Shown one piece after another: positions 8,098-17,913 of a DNA stretch of 64,000 nucleotides (positions within the stretch are counted from its first letter, which is position 1; every line of letters begins with the position of its first letter). Location of the stretch: the NCBI GenBank assembly GCA_025058595.1, contig JANXEK010000005.1:4685-68684 (forward strand). The letters are read 5' to 3'. This DNA is from Candidatus Bathyarchaeota archaeon. Its GTDB lineage: Archaea > Thermoproteota > CALKCG01 > B24 > DRYS01. The notes under the pieces were generated by a model. The model saw only the letters and a list, made by a program, of their open reading frames with translations. It was not told the DNA's origin and searched no databases. Made by a program: the position numbers and the translations under genes.

Positions 8098-8925
8098 CTA
8101 ATACTCTCTGAAGAATTTTTTAAGATTTTCTATACTAACCCTTACAGCTTCGGCAGGATTCTCCTCCCTCCTAAGAATCTCTACAGATACATATCCTTTA
8201 AACCCTATACTCCTCAAGCTTCTAACGACCGCTCTATAGTCAGCGGATCCGAATCCAGGTCCACCCATGTTATCATCGTTAGCATGGAAATGCGTAAGAT
8301 ATGCTCCCCCCTTTTCTATCTGTCTATCTATAGGTTCATCGACCCCCGTCATAGCGTATACATCTAGTATAAGCCTGAAATTTGGATGACCTACATCTTC
8401 GATAAGCCTGATGGCTTCATCCACCGTATTTATGAAATTAGTCATATCTCTTCTCAAAGGCTCTATACATATGTAGACGTTAAACTGCTCGGCGTACTGT
8501 GAGCATCTCCTAAATATATCTACAGTCCACATCCATGCATCCATAGGATCGACCCCTCTAGGTATACTCCTCTGAGCTGGGGAGCCGAATACTATGATCC
8601 TACCTCCGATATCGCTACAGAAATCTATAAGCGCCCTCAGATAGGATTCAGTCTTACCTCTAACAGTAGGATCCGGGCTTGTCAGGTGAACACCGCTAAC
8701 ACCCCTAAGAACCCAGTGTATGCCTACGATATCTAAGCCGAAGCTTTCAGCATCCTCCTTTATAGATCTCCTCATCCTTCCACCTATATCTGTAACCTTC
8801 TCAGCTATAGTATAAGGGGCTATCTCAACGCCATCATATCCGACTTTAGATACGTACCCAAAAACCTGCTTAAGATCCCATCCCTCGAATATCTCGTTAC
8901 ATACGGCAAACCTAGTCATACCCAT
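8098..8925 (-). CDS. Sugar phosphate isomerase/epimerase (D-psicose/D-tagatose 3-epimerase-like TIM barrel)
   Basis: GYDGVEIAP, IEPL, LDVY, HFHAND...PG.G, SVE motifs. Confidence 0.85.
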   Translation of the reverse strand: MGMTRFAVCNEIFEGWDLKQVFGYVSKVGYDGVEIAPYTIAEKVTDIGGRMRRSIKEDAESFGLDIVGIHWVLRGVSGVHLTSPDPTVRGKTESYLRALIDFCSDIGGRIIVFGSPAQRSIPRGVDPMDAWMWTVDIFRRCSQYAEQFNVYICIEPLRRDMTNFINTVDEAIRLIEDVGHPNFRLILDVYAMTGVDEPIDRQIEKGGAYLTHFHANDDNMGGPGFGSADYRAVVRSLRSIGFKGYVSVEILRREENPAEAVRVSIENLKKFFREY

Positions 8926-9086
8926 CTCGAATCACATCGATCCTCATAAAGCATGTATAGAGTATTTAAAAGTTGTAGATCGGAATTCTTCCCGCATACT
9001 GCGGCCGTCTATAAGGTTTACTACTGCTCAGATATGCGCATTAAAACAGTAAAGCTTAACTATAAGCTAATAAAGAACCTATACTC

Positions 9087-10517
9087 ATGCGCCCTCAGAT
9101 TTTAGGAATTCGCAATCGTTTAACGATAAGTCTCGCGTTTTTCCTCATCTGCATAGTCGTAGCGGCCGTAATAGTAGGTGTAGCGGGATACTATATAGGT
9201 CATAGCGGAGGCTATCGTTCAGGATACGATGCTGGCTACGGCGAAGGATATAATAGAGGCCGAAGCGAAGGTTTAGCAGCCGGTGCGGAAAGAGCCTACC
9301 GTGAAGGCTACACTGTAGGTTATGGTATAGGCTATCGTTATGGTTTTTCTAACGGTACGTTTAATATCGCTAAAGCATTGTATATGGGGCTTAAAGATCG
9401 GATAATAAGGGAGATAGTACAGGTATCCGCACCCAACCTCCCATCAAAGATAAAGGTCGGATGCTTGATGGCTCTAACAGGCGAGCTAGGACCTATGGGT
9501 GTCGAGATAGCTAAAGGTGCCCAGCTAGCTGTAGCTCTTGTAAACCGTCTTGGAGGTGTAGCTGGTAGACCTGTAGAGCTTATACTCGAAGATACTGCTA
9601 CAGATCCCAGTAGAGCTTTGATGGCATGTAAGAAGCTAGTCGAAGTTGACGGTGTTAAAGTGATAGTAGGTCCTATGGCTAGCGGTGAGGTTATGGCTAT
9701 AGGTGGCTACGTTAACGAGAGGAAGGTTGTCTTGGTCTCGCCATCAGCTACATCGCCGTATATAACGCTGAACTTCCCAGATGACTATGTTTTCAGGGTC
9801 GTAGGTAGCGATACAGCTCAAGCTAAAGCTCTGGTTAAGCTAGCTCTAGATGCTGGATGTAAGAAGATAGCGACACTAGTTATTGACAACCCCTACGGTG
9901 TAGGTATAGAAGATGTAGTTTCTTCTCTCTTAGGAGCTAAACTCGTACTTAAAGTGAGGTACGATCCTAGGAAGATGGATTTCAGGACGGAGTTGACGCA
10001 AATTAAAGGTGCAGGCGTAGACGGAGTTATATATGTAGGTTACTATGAGGATGGACGTGTAATGTTTAGGCAAGCCTTCGAGCTAGGTCTCGATAATGTA
10101 AAGTGGTTTGCGGCTGAAGGTGTATACGGGGACCCGATGCTAGTAGTTCCCGAATCCGCTGAGTTCATGTATCGAGCCGTAGTAGGTACCAGACCCTTAC
10201 CTCCGTTGGTTTCATTCTACGATGAATTCTTAGAAGAATATGAAGCTGTATTCGGGGCTAAACCTGCAGCTCCATACATAGAGTATTGTCTCGACGCCAC
10301 GCTCATGCTTCTCGAGGCTATAGCGAAGGCAGGGGTATACGATGGGGTTGCCATAAAGCAGAAGCTGATGGAGATATCCAGCTCCTTCCTAGGTGCTTCA
10401 GGCTATAAAGCCTTTGATAACGTGGGAGACCAGCTTATGCAGATATACTCTGCATGGAAAGTTGTTAAGGAGGGTGGCGTATATAGGCTAGTAGATGTAG
10501 AAGTCGTAACGCCATAG
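9087..10517 (+). CDS. livK: Branched-chain amino acid-type ABC transporter substrate-binding protein
   Basis: N-terminal TM anchor; IKVGCLMALTG, GGVAGRPVELILEDT, SPSATSP, YVFRV; first gene of a Liv-type operon. Confidence 0.88.
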   Translation: MRPQILGIRNRLTISLAFFLICIVVAAVIVGVAGYYIGHSGGYRSGYDAGYGEGYNRGRSEGLAAGAERAYREGYTVGYGIGYRYGFSNGTFNIAKALYMGLKDRIIREIVQVSAPNLPSKIKVGCLMALTGELGPMGVEIAKGAQLAVALVNRLGGVAGRPVELILEDTATDPSRALMACKKLVEVDGVKVIVGPMASGEVMAIGGYVNERKVVLVSPSATSPYITLNFPDDYVFRVVGSDTAQAKALVKLALDAGCKKIATLVIDNPYGVGIEDVVSSLLGAKLVLKVRYDPRKMDFRTELTQIKGAGVDGVIYVGYYEDGRVMFRQAFELGLDNVKWFAAEGVYGDPMLVVPESAEFMYRAVVGTRPLPPLVSFYDEFLEEYEAVFGAKPAAPYIEYCLDATLMLLEAIAKAGVYDGVAIKQKLMEISSSFLGASGYKAFDNVGDQLMQIYSAWKVVKEGGVYRLVDVEVVTP

Positions 10518-10541
10518 GAATCTCGTTAAGAGGTTGCGTAT

Positions 10542-11441
10542 ATGCTTCCTCTAAACCTCCCCCAGATATTTTTTAACTCCATAATAACCGGGAGTATATT
10601 CATGCTAGCCGCTATAGGTTTAAGCTTATCGTATAGCCTATCCCGCTTCCCCAATTTCACACATGCAGAATATATAACTCTAGGAGGATATGTAGGCTAT
10701 CTTCTATCCGAGCAGCTGGGTATGCCCCTATACGTAGCGTTTATAGCCTCATTCCTTGGATCTAGCCTTCTATCTCTAGCCTCCTATAACGTCGTATTTA
10801 AACCTCTACAGGATAGAGGATCTCCACTCATATACTTGATGGTAGCCTCCATAGGTTTAGGTCTTGTAGTGAGGCATACGATCCAGCAGATATGGGGTGG
10901 GTCCCCCCTTACTATAAGAGCTATATGGCCCAGATGGATCCTAGGCCATCTAACGATTACAGGCCTCTATATATACATTATAACCGCAGCTATCGTAACC
11001 GCTATAGCCCTACATCTACTGCTAACTAGAACTACTATAGGTAAATGTATCAGGGCTTCAGCCGATAACGTAGAGTTAGCCCTCTCATCAGGTATGAACG
11101 TATCGAGTATATCTAGATTCGTATGGCTTATAGGGGGAGGTTTAGCAGGTCTTTCAGGATTCTTCATGGTAGCTATCGCTAACGCTATACCGCTTCTAGG
11201 TTGGAGGCTACTAATACCTGCGTTCGCAGTTACAATCCTCGGAGGTATAGGTAGCTTCTACGGGGTCCTAATCGCAGCCTACATCATAGGTGTAGCTGAA
11301 AATTTCAGTGTGGTAGGATTAGCCGCTTTGGGGCTACCTACCGATCTTAAGATGTTGATATCGTTCGTCATTATAGTCGTAGTTCTTTTAGTTAAACCTG
11401 AAGGTATATCCGCGTCTATCAGAGGTGGCGTACGTGTCTGA
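10542..11441 (+). CDS. livH: Branched-chain amino acid ABC transporter permease
   Basis: AIGLSLSY...NFTHAE, RASADN.ELA, FAVTILGGIGS. Confidence 0.9.
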   Translation: MLPLNLPQIFFNSIITGSIFMLAAIGLSLSYSLSRFPNFTHAEYITLGGYVGYLLSEQLGMPLYVAFIASFLGSSLLSLASYNVVFKPLQDRGSPLIYLMVASIGLGLVVRHTIQQIWGGSPLTIRAIWPRWILGHLTITGLYIYIITAAIVTAIALHLLLTRTTIGKCIRASADNVELALSSGMNVSSISRFVWLIGGGLAGLSGFFMVAIANAIPLLGWRLLIPAFAVTILGGIGSFYGVLIAAYIIGVAENFSVVGLAALGLPTDLKMLISFVIIVVVLLVKPEGISASIRGGVRV

Positions 11442-12417
11442 TCCATCCATCTTTGTTATGCATATAGCCTTTAGGATAGGTGTCTACGGTATAGCGGCTT
11501 TAAGCTTAAACATAGAGTATGGATATACAGGGTTATCGAACTTCGGTAAAGCAGCATTCCTCATGATGGGTGCATATACGGCGGCTATAGCGGTTGAAAA
11601 CGGTTTACACCCGGTTATAGCGATAGTTCTATCCATCGTGGTAGCTGGGTTTATAGGGCTATCTGCGTCGCTTTTCGCTTTAAAATTTAGGGAGGATTAC
11701 CTAGCTATCACGATGCTAGCGTTCGCAGAGATATCTAGGCTTATATTGAGAAACTTCGACGACTCCGTTAGAGCGTTAACCAAGCTCATAACCGGTGTAG
11801 AAGGCTATACCAACATATTCGGCGGCGTTCACGGTAAAGTTGTAAGGAGCTTCGTAAGTATACCCGGAGATTATAGGTTATACAACATAGTTCAGTTGAC
11901 TCTAGTATACGGGCTTCTAGCCTCTTCATACGTGTTCGTCAGGCTATTATCCGATTCACCCTACGGCCGTGTACTTAGAGCCATCAGGGAAGATGAGCTT
12001 GCATCTCAAACTCTAGGTAAGAAAACCTGGGTGTATAAGATGCAGATTATAGGTTTAGGTTCTGCGCTCGCAGGGTTAGCCGGAGCTCTAAACGCTCAGT
12101 TCGAAGGGTATATAAGTCCTGAAAGCTTTCAGCCCCACCTAACATTCGCTATATGGATGATGGTGATACTAGGCGGGGTGGGGAATAATCTCGGCGTACT
12201 TCTAGGAGCTACGCTCGTAGAATCCATAGAAGCTATAGCTTTATTTGTCAAAAGCTTCTTCGGATACCTACCGTTCGATCCTGTGAATATACAGTGGATA
12301 TTCGTAGGAGCCTCGATAATAGCTATAATAGCCTTCAAACCTAGAGGTCTCTTAGAGGAGCGTCCAATTAAGACACCGGCTGTGGAGGTGGCTAGGATTG
12401 GCTATACTAAAGGTTAA
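11425..12417 (+). CDS. livM: Branched-chain amino acid ABC transporter permease
   Basis: LNIEYGYTGLSNFG, DYLAITML, SPYGRVLRAIREDE, MVILGGVG. Confidence 0.9.
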   Translation: MAYVSDPSIFVMHIAFRIGVYGIAALSLNIEYGYTGLSNFGKAAFLMMGAYTAAIAVENGLHPVIAIVLSIVVAGFIGLSASLFALKFREDYLAITMLAFAEISRLILRNFDDSVRALTKLITGVEGYTNIFGGVHGKVVRSFVSIPGDYRLYNIVQLTLVYGLLASSYVFVRLLSDSPYGRVLRAIREDELASQTLGKKTWVYKMQIIGLGSALAGLAGALNAQFEGYISPESFQPHLTFAIWMMVILGGVGNNLGVLLGATLVESIEAIALFVKSFFGYLPFDPVNIQWIFVGASIIAIIAFKPRGLLEERPIKTPAVEVARIGYTKG

Positions 12418-13168
12418 GAGACTATCGAAAAGCTTCGGCGGGTTGAAAGCTGTAGATTCCATAGATCTTGACGTGGAGGAGGAGACTATAACAGGGCTTA
12501 TAGGTCCTAACGGTAGCGGTAAGACTACGCTTTTCAATATGATATCCGGGGTTATACCTAGAGATAGCGGGGAAATATGGTTTAGAGGGGAGCGTATAGA
12601 TGGTCTTAAACCGTTCGAGATCTATGCGAGGGGTATCGTTAGAAGCTTCCAGATACCTAGATTATTCTGGAAGCTTACAGTCTTAGATAACATGCTGTTA
12701 GCTGCTAGAGGGTTTAACGGTGAAAGCCTCGTAGGCGCTATATTCAAGAGAGGCGGGTGGATCCTCGAGGAGAAGCGTCTGGTAGATAAAGCTCTAGATA
12801 TACTTGATCTACTAGGGTTATCAGACTCAGCTTTCAAACCTACGTATCAGCTTTCAGGTGGGCAGATGAAGCTTCTAGAGATGGGTAGAGCTCTTATGGC
12901 TGATCCTAAACTCCTCCTTCTTGATGAACCTACCGCCGGTGTAAATCCTAAGCTTGCGTACAGTATATTCGGGAAGATAGAAGAGGTACGTAGAGCGTAC
13001 GGTACTACATTCTTCGTTATAGAGCATAGGGTTGAGACGCTATTCTCCTACGCGAATTGGGTATACGTGATGAGTAACGGTAGCCTTATATACGGTGGTA
13101 AACCTAGCGGTGTCATCTCTGATAGCCGAGTTCAGAAGGCATATCTAGGTGATATCCATGCTGCTTAA
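12398..13168 (+). CDS. livG: Branched-chain amino acid ABC transporter ATPase
   Basis: GPNGSGKTT, RSFQIPRLF, LSGGQ, LLLDEPTAG. Confidence 0.92.
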   Translation: MAILKVKRLSKSFGGLKAVDSIDLDVEEETITGLIGPNGSGKTTLFNMISGVIPRDSGEIWFRGERIDGLKPFEIYARGIVRSFQIPRLFWKLTVLDNMLLAARGFNGESLVGAIFKRGGWILEEKRLVDKALDILDLLGLSDSAFKPTYQLSGGQMKLLEMGRALMADPKLLLLDEPTAGVNPKLAYSIFGKIEEVRRAYGTTFFVIEHRVETLFSYANWVYVMSNGSLIYGGKPSGVISDSRVQKAYLGDIHAA

Positions 13169-13889
13169 AACAGTGGATCTAAGCGTAGGGTATGGAGATC
13201 TAAGGATAGTGCAGAACGTATCGTTGGAGGTTAAGAGCGGTGAGGTTGTAAGCCTATTAGGTCCTAACGGTAGCGGTAAATCAACCCTGATAAAGGGTAT
13301 ATTGGGCTTAGCTAAGGTGTTCGAAGGCAAGGTTTTCATCAATGGAGAAGATGTGACAGGTGTACCGACGTATAAGCTTATCAGGATGGGGGTGGGTTAC
13401 ACCCCTCAGAGACTTAACATATTCCCTAATCTAACGGTGAAGGAGAATCTAGAGGTTAGCGGAAGCTGGCTTGATAGAAGCAAGGTTAAGAGGAGAATTT
13501 CTGAGCTAGTAGAGATGTTCCCAGAACTCAAACCTAGACTCGAATATAAAGCTGGTCTATTAAGCGGTGGTGAGAGGCAGATACTAGCTCTAGCTAGAGC
13601 TCTTATAGCAGAGCCTAAGGTACTCCTATTAGATGAACCTACAGCAAGCCTCAGCCCTATGGCCGCCGATAAAATCTTCAAGTATATGAGGGAAGTAGCG
13701 TCGAACGGAGTAGCTATCATGTTAGCCGAACAGAATGTAGCGAAAGCCTTGAGAAGCTCTGATAGAAGCTATATACTAGTCTCAGGTAGATGCGTATCCG
13801 AAGCATCGTCTACATCATACCTTACCGATGAGCAGCTTAGGAAGATATACCTGGAATTCATAAGCATCAAACCTGATAGCTCCTTATAG
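13158..13889 (+). CDS. livF: Branched-chain amino acid ABC transporter ATPase
   Basis: GPNGSGKST, LSGGERQ, LLLDEPTASL, AEQN. Confidence 0.92.
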   Translation: MLLKTVDLSVGYGDLRIVQNVSLEVKSGEVVSLLGPNGSGKSTLIKGILGLAKVFEGKVFINGEDVTGVPTYKLIRMGVGYTPQRLNIFPNLTVKENLEVSGSWLDRSKVKRRISELVEMFPELKPRLEYKAGLLSGGERQILALARALIAEPKVLLLDEPTASLSPMAADKIFKYMREVASNGVAIMLAEQNVAKALRSSDRSYILVSGRCVSEASSTSYLTDEQLRKIYLEFISIKPDSSL

Positions 13890-13957
13890 CTGAATATACA
13901 TCGTAAGGATTTTAGATACGCTTAAGAGTATCATCTACTGTTAAACCTATGTAGGGG

Positions 13958-16276
13958 ATGCAAATAACCTTCTATCCTATAGATATCGATTATAGGGAAA
14001 CCCCATCCCTATCCATTAGGCTTTGGGGCATCTGTAGCGATGGAAGCCGTATAGTGGTTTTCGACGATAGGTTCAGACAGTACTTCTTCGCCGTACCTAG
14101 AGAAAGCTACTCGTCTAAACTGCTCGAGGATTTAAGGATCCCAGGTGTACTCTCGTACGAAGTCGAGAGGAAGTTTTTCGGTAGATCTATCAAAGCGTTG
14201 AGAATAGAATCTAGTAATGTAAAACTTCTCGGTGAAGCTTTAGCTACGATATCTAGGAGCCGATACGTAGATATGATCCTCGAAGATGATCTCAGAGCTT
14301 CTACGCATTACATGCTGGAGAAGCAGGTTAAGCTATGCAACTGGGTTGTACTCGATGTAGAACCTGTAGATGTAGACGGGTTAAAAGTGGATAAAGCGTA
14401 TAAGGCTAAAGGCGAATTGAAAACTACCGATGCGTTAATGCCTACGCTCCGTATACTGGCATTTCATGCATATCCTTTATCGAGATCTGGCTCTCCTAAC
14501 CCAGATATAGATCAAATAGCCATCATAACGGCGGGAACATCCGATGGACGTATAGAGCAGTATACGTTAGATGATGGAGAGAGGTCTATGCTGACGGAGT
14601 TTGTAAAGTTTGTAGAGGATTATGATCCAGACGTTATAGTAGGGTTTGAATCGAATAGATCCTATTGGCCGTTCATAACTAGGAGGGCATCGGTGAACGG
14701 TGTTAAGCTATCGATAGGCAGGGATGGTAGCCCTCCGCATACGAGTGTATACGGGCATATATCTATACCTGGCCGTGTAAACCTAGACCTATACGATTTC
14801 GTAGAGGATCTGTACGAAGTTAAATCTAAGGATATCGAGGGTCTCGCAGAGTATCTAGGGTTAAAGCTTCTACGTAAACCTATACCTGATTTCAAGGTTT
14901 CAGAGCTGTGGAATAGAGGTGAGAATGGTAAAACGGAGGTTAGGGAATCTGGTAGGCTGCTCGTAGAAGCTATAATTAAGCTGTCTGAGGAGATAGTTCC
15001 GTTAAGTTTTCAGCTATCGTCTATAGTAGGTCTTCCACCTGACCATGTATTTACCGCAGCCGTAGGATTTAGGGTTGAATCGCATCTTATGTTCGAAGCT
15101 ATCGGTAGAGGTGAACTCATACCTAAACGAAGCGAAGTCGAATACGAGAGGTATACCGGGGCTATAGTTCTAGAACCTAGACCCGGTATACACGAAGATG
15201 TACTCGTATTAGACTTTAAATCGTTGTACCCGTCACTCATAATCAAGTATAACATATCACCAGATACTTACATCGAGAATGGTGAAGCATTAGAGGGTGA
15301 CTTCTATGAAGCACCTGAGGTTAAGCATAGATTCAGAAGGGAACCTAGAGGGATGTATCCAGAAGCATTATCTAAACTTCTCAAAGCTAGAGATGAGGTT
15401 AGAGCTAAGCTTAAGGAGGTTGAACCGGGGGCTATCCTATACAAGATTCTCGATGCGAGACAAAAAGCTATAAAAATTGTAGCTAACGCTACGTATGGAT
15501 ATGCCGGTTGGGTTGGCGCCCGCTGGTATATGAGACCTGTAGCTGAGGCGGTTGCAGCTTGGGGTCGAGCTGCGCTTAGATCAGTATTAGATTACGCATC
15601 CGAGATAAACCTTAGAGTGATCTACGGGGATACGGACTCTATATTCGTAGAATATGATGAAGCTAAGATCGATAAGCTTGTAAGGTTCGTAAGAGATGAG
15701 CTTGGCTTAGATATAAAGCCTGATGTACATTATAAACGTATACTATTCACAGAAGCTAAGAAGCGTTACGTAGGCTTAACAGAAGACGGACGTATAGATT
15801 TCGTAGGTTTCGAAGCTGTGAGAGGTGATTGGAGTATGCTAGCTAGGATTGTTCAAGAAGCCGTAGCAGACTCGATACTGAGAGATGGATCTATAGCTAA
15901 AGCTATCAAGCTATCTAGAGACTATATAGACCTGGTTCGTAAAGGTGCTTTACCCCTCGAGTACTTCATAGTATGGAAGACTATCTCGAAACCTCTAGAA
16001 GAGTATAAAGTTAAAGCTCCCCATATAGAAGCTGCTAGGAAACTTGTAGCTAAAGGCTTCAAAGTAGGTCCCGGTGACCGTGTAGGATATGTGATCGTTA
16101 AGAGGGTATCCCAGAAACTGTACGAGAAAGCTGAACCCTACATATATGCTAGGGTGGAAGATATAGACTTAGAATACTATATAGAGAACCAAGTACTACC
16201 AGCCGCTCTAAGAATACTAGAGGTTTTAGGTGTACGAAGAGAACAACTCCTAGGAAGACAGGCGGCGCTCTTCTAG
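13958..16276 (+). CDS. polB: Family B DNA polymerase (PolB3-like) with degenerate 3'-5' exonuclease motifs
   Basis: Polymerase motifs DFKSLYPS, KIVANATYGY, YGDTDS and KKRY are intact; C-terminal YYIENQVLPA. Confidence 0.95.
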   Translation: MQITFYPIDIDYRETPSLSIRLWGICSDGSRIVVFDDRFRQYFFAVPRESYSSKLLEDLRIPGVLSYEVERKFFGRSIKALRIESSNVKLLGEALATISRSRYVDMILEDDLRASTHYMLEKQVKLCNWVVLDVEPVDVDGLKVDKAYKAKGELKTTDALMPTLRILAFHAYPLSRSGSPNPDIDQIAIITAGTSDGRIEQYTLDDGERSMLTEFVKFVEDYDPDVIVGFESNRSYWPFITRRASVNGVKLSIGRDGSPPHTSVYGHISIPGRVNLDLYDFVEDLYEVKSKDIEGLAEYLGLKLLRKPIPDFKVSELWNRGENGKTEVRESGRLLVEAIIKLSEEIVPLSFQLSSIVGLPPDHVFTAAVGFRVESHLMFEAIGRGELIPKRSEVEYERYTGAIVLEPRPGIHEDVLVLDFKSLYPSLIIKYNISPDTYIENGEALEGDFYEAPEVKHRFRREPRGMYPEALSKLLKARDEVRAKLKEVEPGAILYKILDARQKAIKIVANATYGYAGWVGARWYMRPVAEAVAAWGRAALRSVLDYASEINLRVIYGDTDSIFVEYDEAKIDKLVRFVRDELGLDIKPDVHYKRILFTEAKKRYVGLTEDGRIDFVGFEAVRGDWSMLARIVQEAVADSILRDGSIAKAIKLSRDYIDLVRKGALPLEYFIVWKTISKPLEEYKVKAPHIEAARKLVAKGFKVGPGDRVGYVIVKRVSQKLYEKAEPYIYARVEDIDLEYYIENQVLPAALRILEVLGVRREQLLGRQAALF

Positions 16277-16361
16277 AAACATTAGATCCCAACAGATAGC
16301 TTCTCTGTAAACTTTAAATAACCTCCCTCCTCTAATATCGGATAGTCCCGTTGTCTAGGAA

Positions 16362-16436
16362 GCGGCCGTGGTCTAGACTGGTTAGGATGGGGGCCCTCCA
16401 AGCCTCCGGTCGCGGGTTCAAATCCCGCCGGCCGCA
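16362..16436 (+). tRNA. tRNA-Gly(TCC) with atypical C33
   Basis: GCGGCCGTGGTCTAGACTGGTTAGGATG-GGGGC-CCTCCAA-GCCTC-CGGTCGCGGGTTCAAATCCCGCCGGCCGCA; Gly-type acceptor stem. Confidence 0.9.
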
Positions 16437-16688
16437 TATCTATCCCGAAGTTATGGTGTATGGGATGACGCACCCCATAACCTCTATATATTGGCGGTAT
16501 AATGTATCCTCTAAGATACGCTATAACCACGACGATCACAAGTATAATTATAGCTATCAAAGCTACGGCTAATACAATCCTATAAATTAAGTGTGCAACA
16601 AACCTACTCAAGAATACACCGGTAGTATTTCTATCTAGATAATCTTATAAACGTTACAGATCCTCTCGAATCATCCATCTAATCCAAC

Positions 16689-17741
16689 CTATATAGATGT
16701 TCTCGTTAGGGATCTTATCTCCTCCCCCACTATATACATATCTTCATCTCTAACGCCGATCCTCCCTGGAATATATATGCCAGGCTCTATGGTTAATACA
16801 CAATTCTCTGGTATCCTATACTCGCTTATCGGGTTTAAGAATGGAGGTTCATGTATATCCAACCCTACTCCATGCCCGAGGCCGTGGATAAAGAACTCTC
16901 CATAACCTAGATCCACTATAACGTCTCTTGCAGCTCTATCAACCTCTCGAGATGATACTCCTGTTTCGAGGGTATCCAACGCTCTACGTTTAGCTCTATA
17001 AACTGCTTCGAGGAGATGACCGTACTTCTGCTTAAAACTTCCCAGTAGGAATGTTCTAGTTAGATCTGATCTATAGCCTTTATAAGTTGCACCTAGATCG
17101 GCCACTACCACGTCATCCCCCTCTATACGTCTAGATGACGGCTTAACATGAGGTTTTGAGGATGAAGCTGAGGAAGCTACTATAGTCTGGAAAGCGGGCG
17201 ATTCAGCTCCCATCTTCCGCATAATATACTCTGCTTCCACAGCTAACTCCCACTCGGATACTCCCGGCTCTAACATATCTGCTACTCTATCCATAGCCTT
17301 GCAAGCTATCTCCGCAGCTTTAGCTATAAGCTCTACCTCATAGGGGTCTTTCTTCATCCTCATCCCCCATACGGTATCCATACACTCTCTAAGATCAGAT
17401 ACTATCATACGTATAGCTTCATAGTCTCTCACCGATAGCCTATCGAAGAATATCGTAGATGGCTTCCTCTCGGAGATTATATGCATCATCCTATCTGTAA
17501 ACCTATCCTCAGGTCCATATACCTCTAAGGTTAGGAGCGACCCCACCCTCGATCTAGCCTCCTCCTCTTCGAGCTTAGGTATCAAGAGTATCGCCTCATC
17601 GTAATCCGCTATCAGGCATCCTGTCTCTCCTCCCGTGAAGTATAGCATGTTCGACGGGTCCATCAACAATATATAGGAATCGCCGCAGAGCTTCAATTCA
17701 TTTATCAACGTCTGCAGTCTTCTAGCCAGTATATCTTCCAA
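16689..17741 (-). CDS. Xaa-Pro aminopeptidase/prolidase (M24B)
   Basis: DLGA...GYRSDLTRT, HGLGHGVGLDIHE, TIEPGIY, GVRDED. Confidence 0.93.
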   Translation of the reverse strand: MEDILARRLQTLINELKLCGDSYILLMDPSNMLYFTGGETGCLIADYDEAILLIPKLEEEEARSRVGSLLTLEVYGPEDRFTDRMMHIISERKPSTIFFDRLSVRDYEAIRMIVSDLRECMDTVWGMRMKKDPYEVELIAKAAEIACKAMDRVADMLEPGVSEWELAVEAEYIMRKMGAESPAFQTIVASSASSSKPHVKPSSRRIEGDDVVVADLGATYKGYRSDLTRTFLLGSFKQKYGHLLEAVYRAKRRALDTLETGVSSREVDRAARDVIVDLGYGEFFIHGLGHGVGLDIHEPPFLNPISEYRIPENCVLTIEPGIYIPGRIGVRDEDMYIVGEEIRSLTRTSI

Positions 17742-17913
17742 TACTAACCCCTCCAGTCAGATAACCTACGGAGCATAATATCCTAGAAGCTAATATCTAG
17801 CCGTATACCAATTTTTAAGTGTTATAGTGTATGAGGGTTTAATCCTAGTAGCTCTAATACTCTCTCAGCTGAACCAGTAGATCTCTAAAGGTTGGAGGAG
17901 AAGCAGACATAGT

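Noticed and set aside
16282-16611. 109-aa minus ORF with an N-terminal TM segment
   Set aside because: Its 3' half runs antisense through tRNA-Gly. A short membrane protein at 16440-16611 is possible but unsupported.
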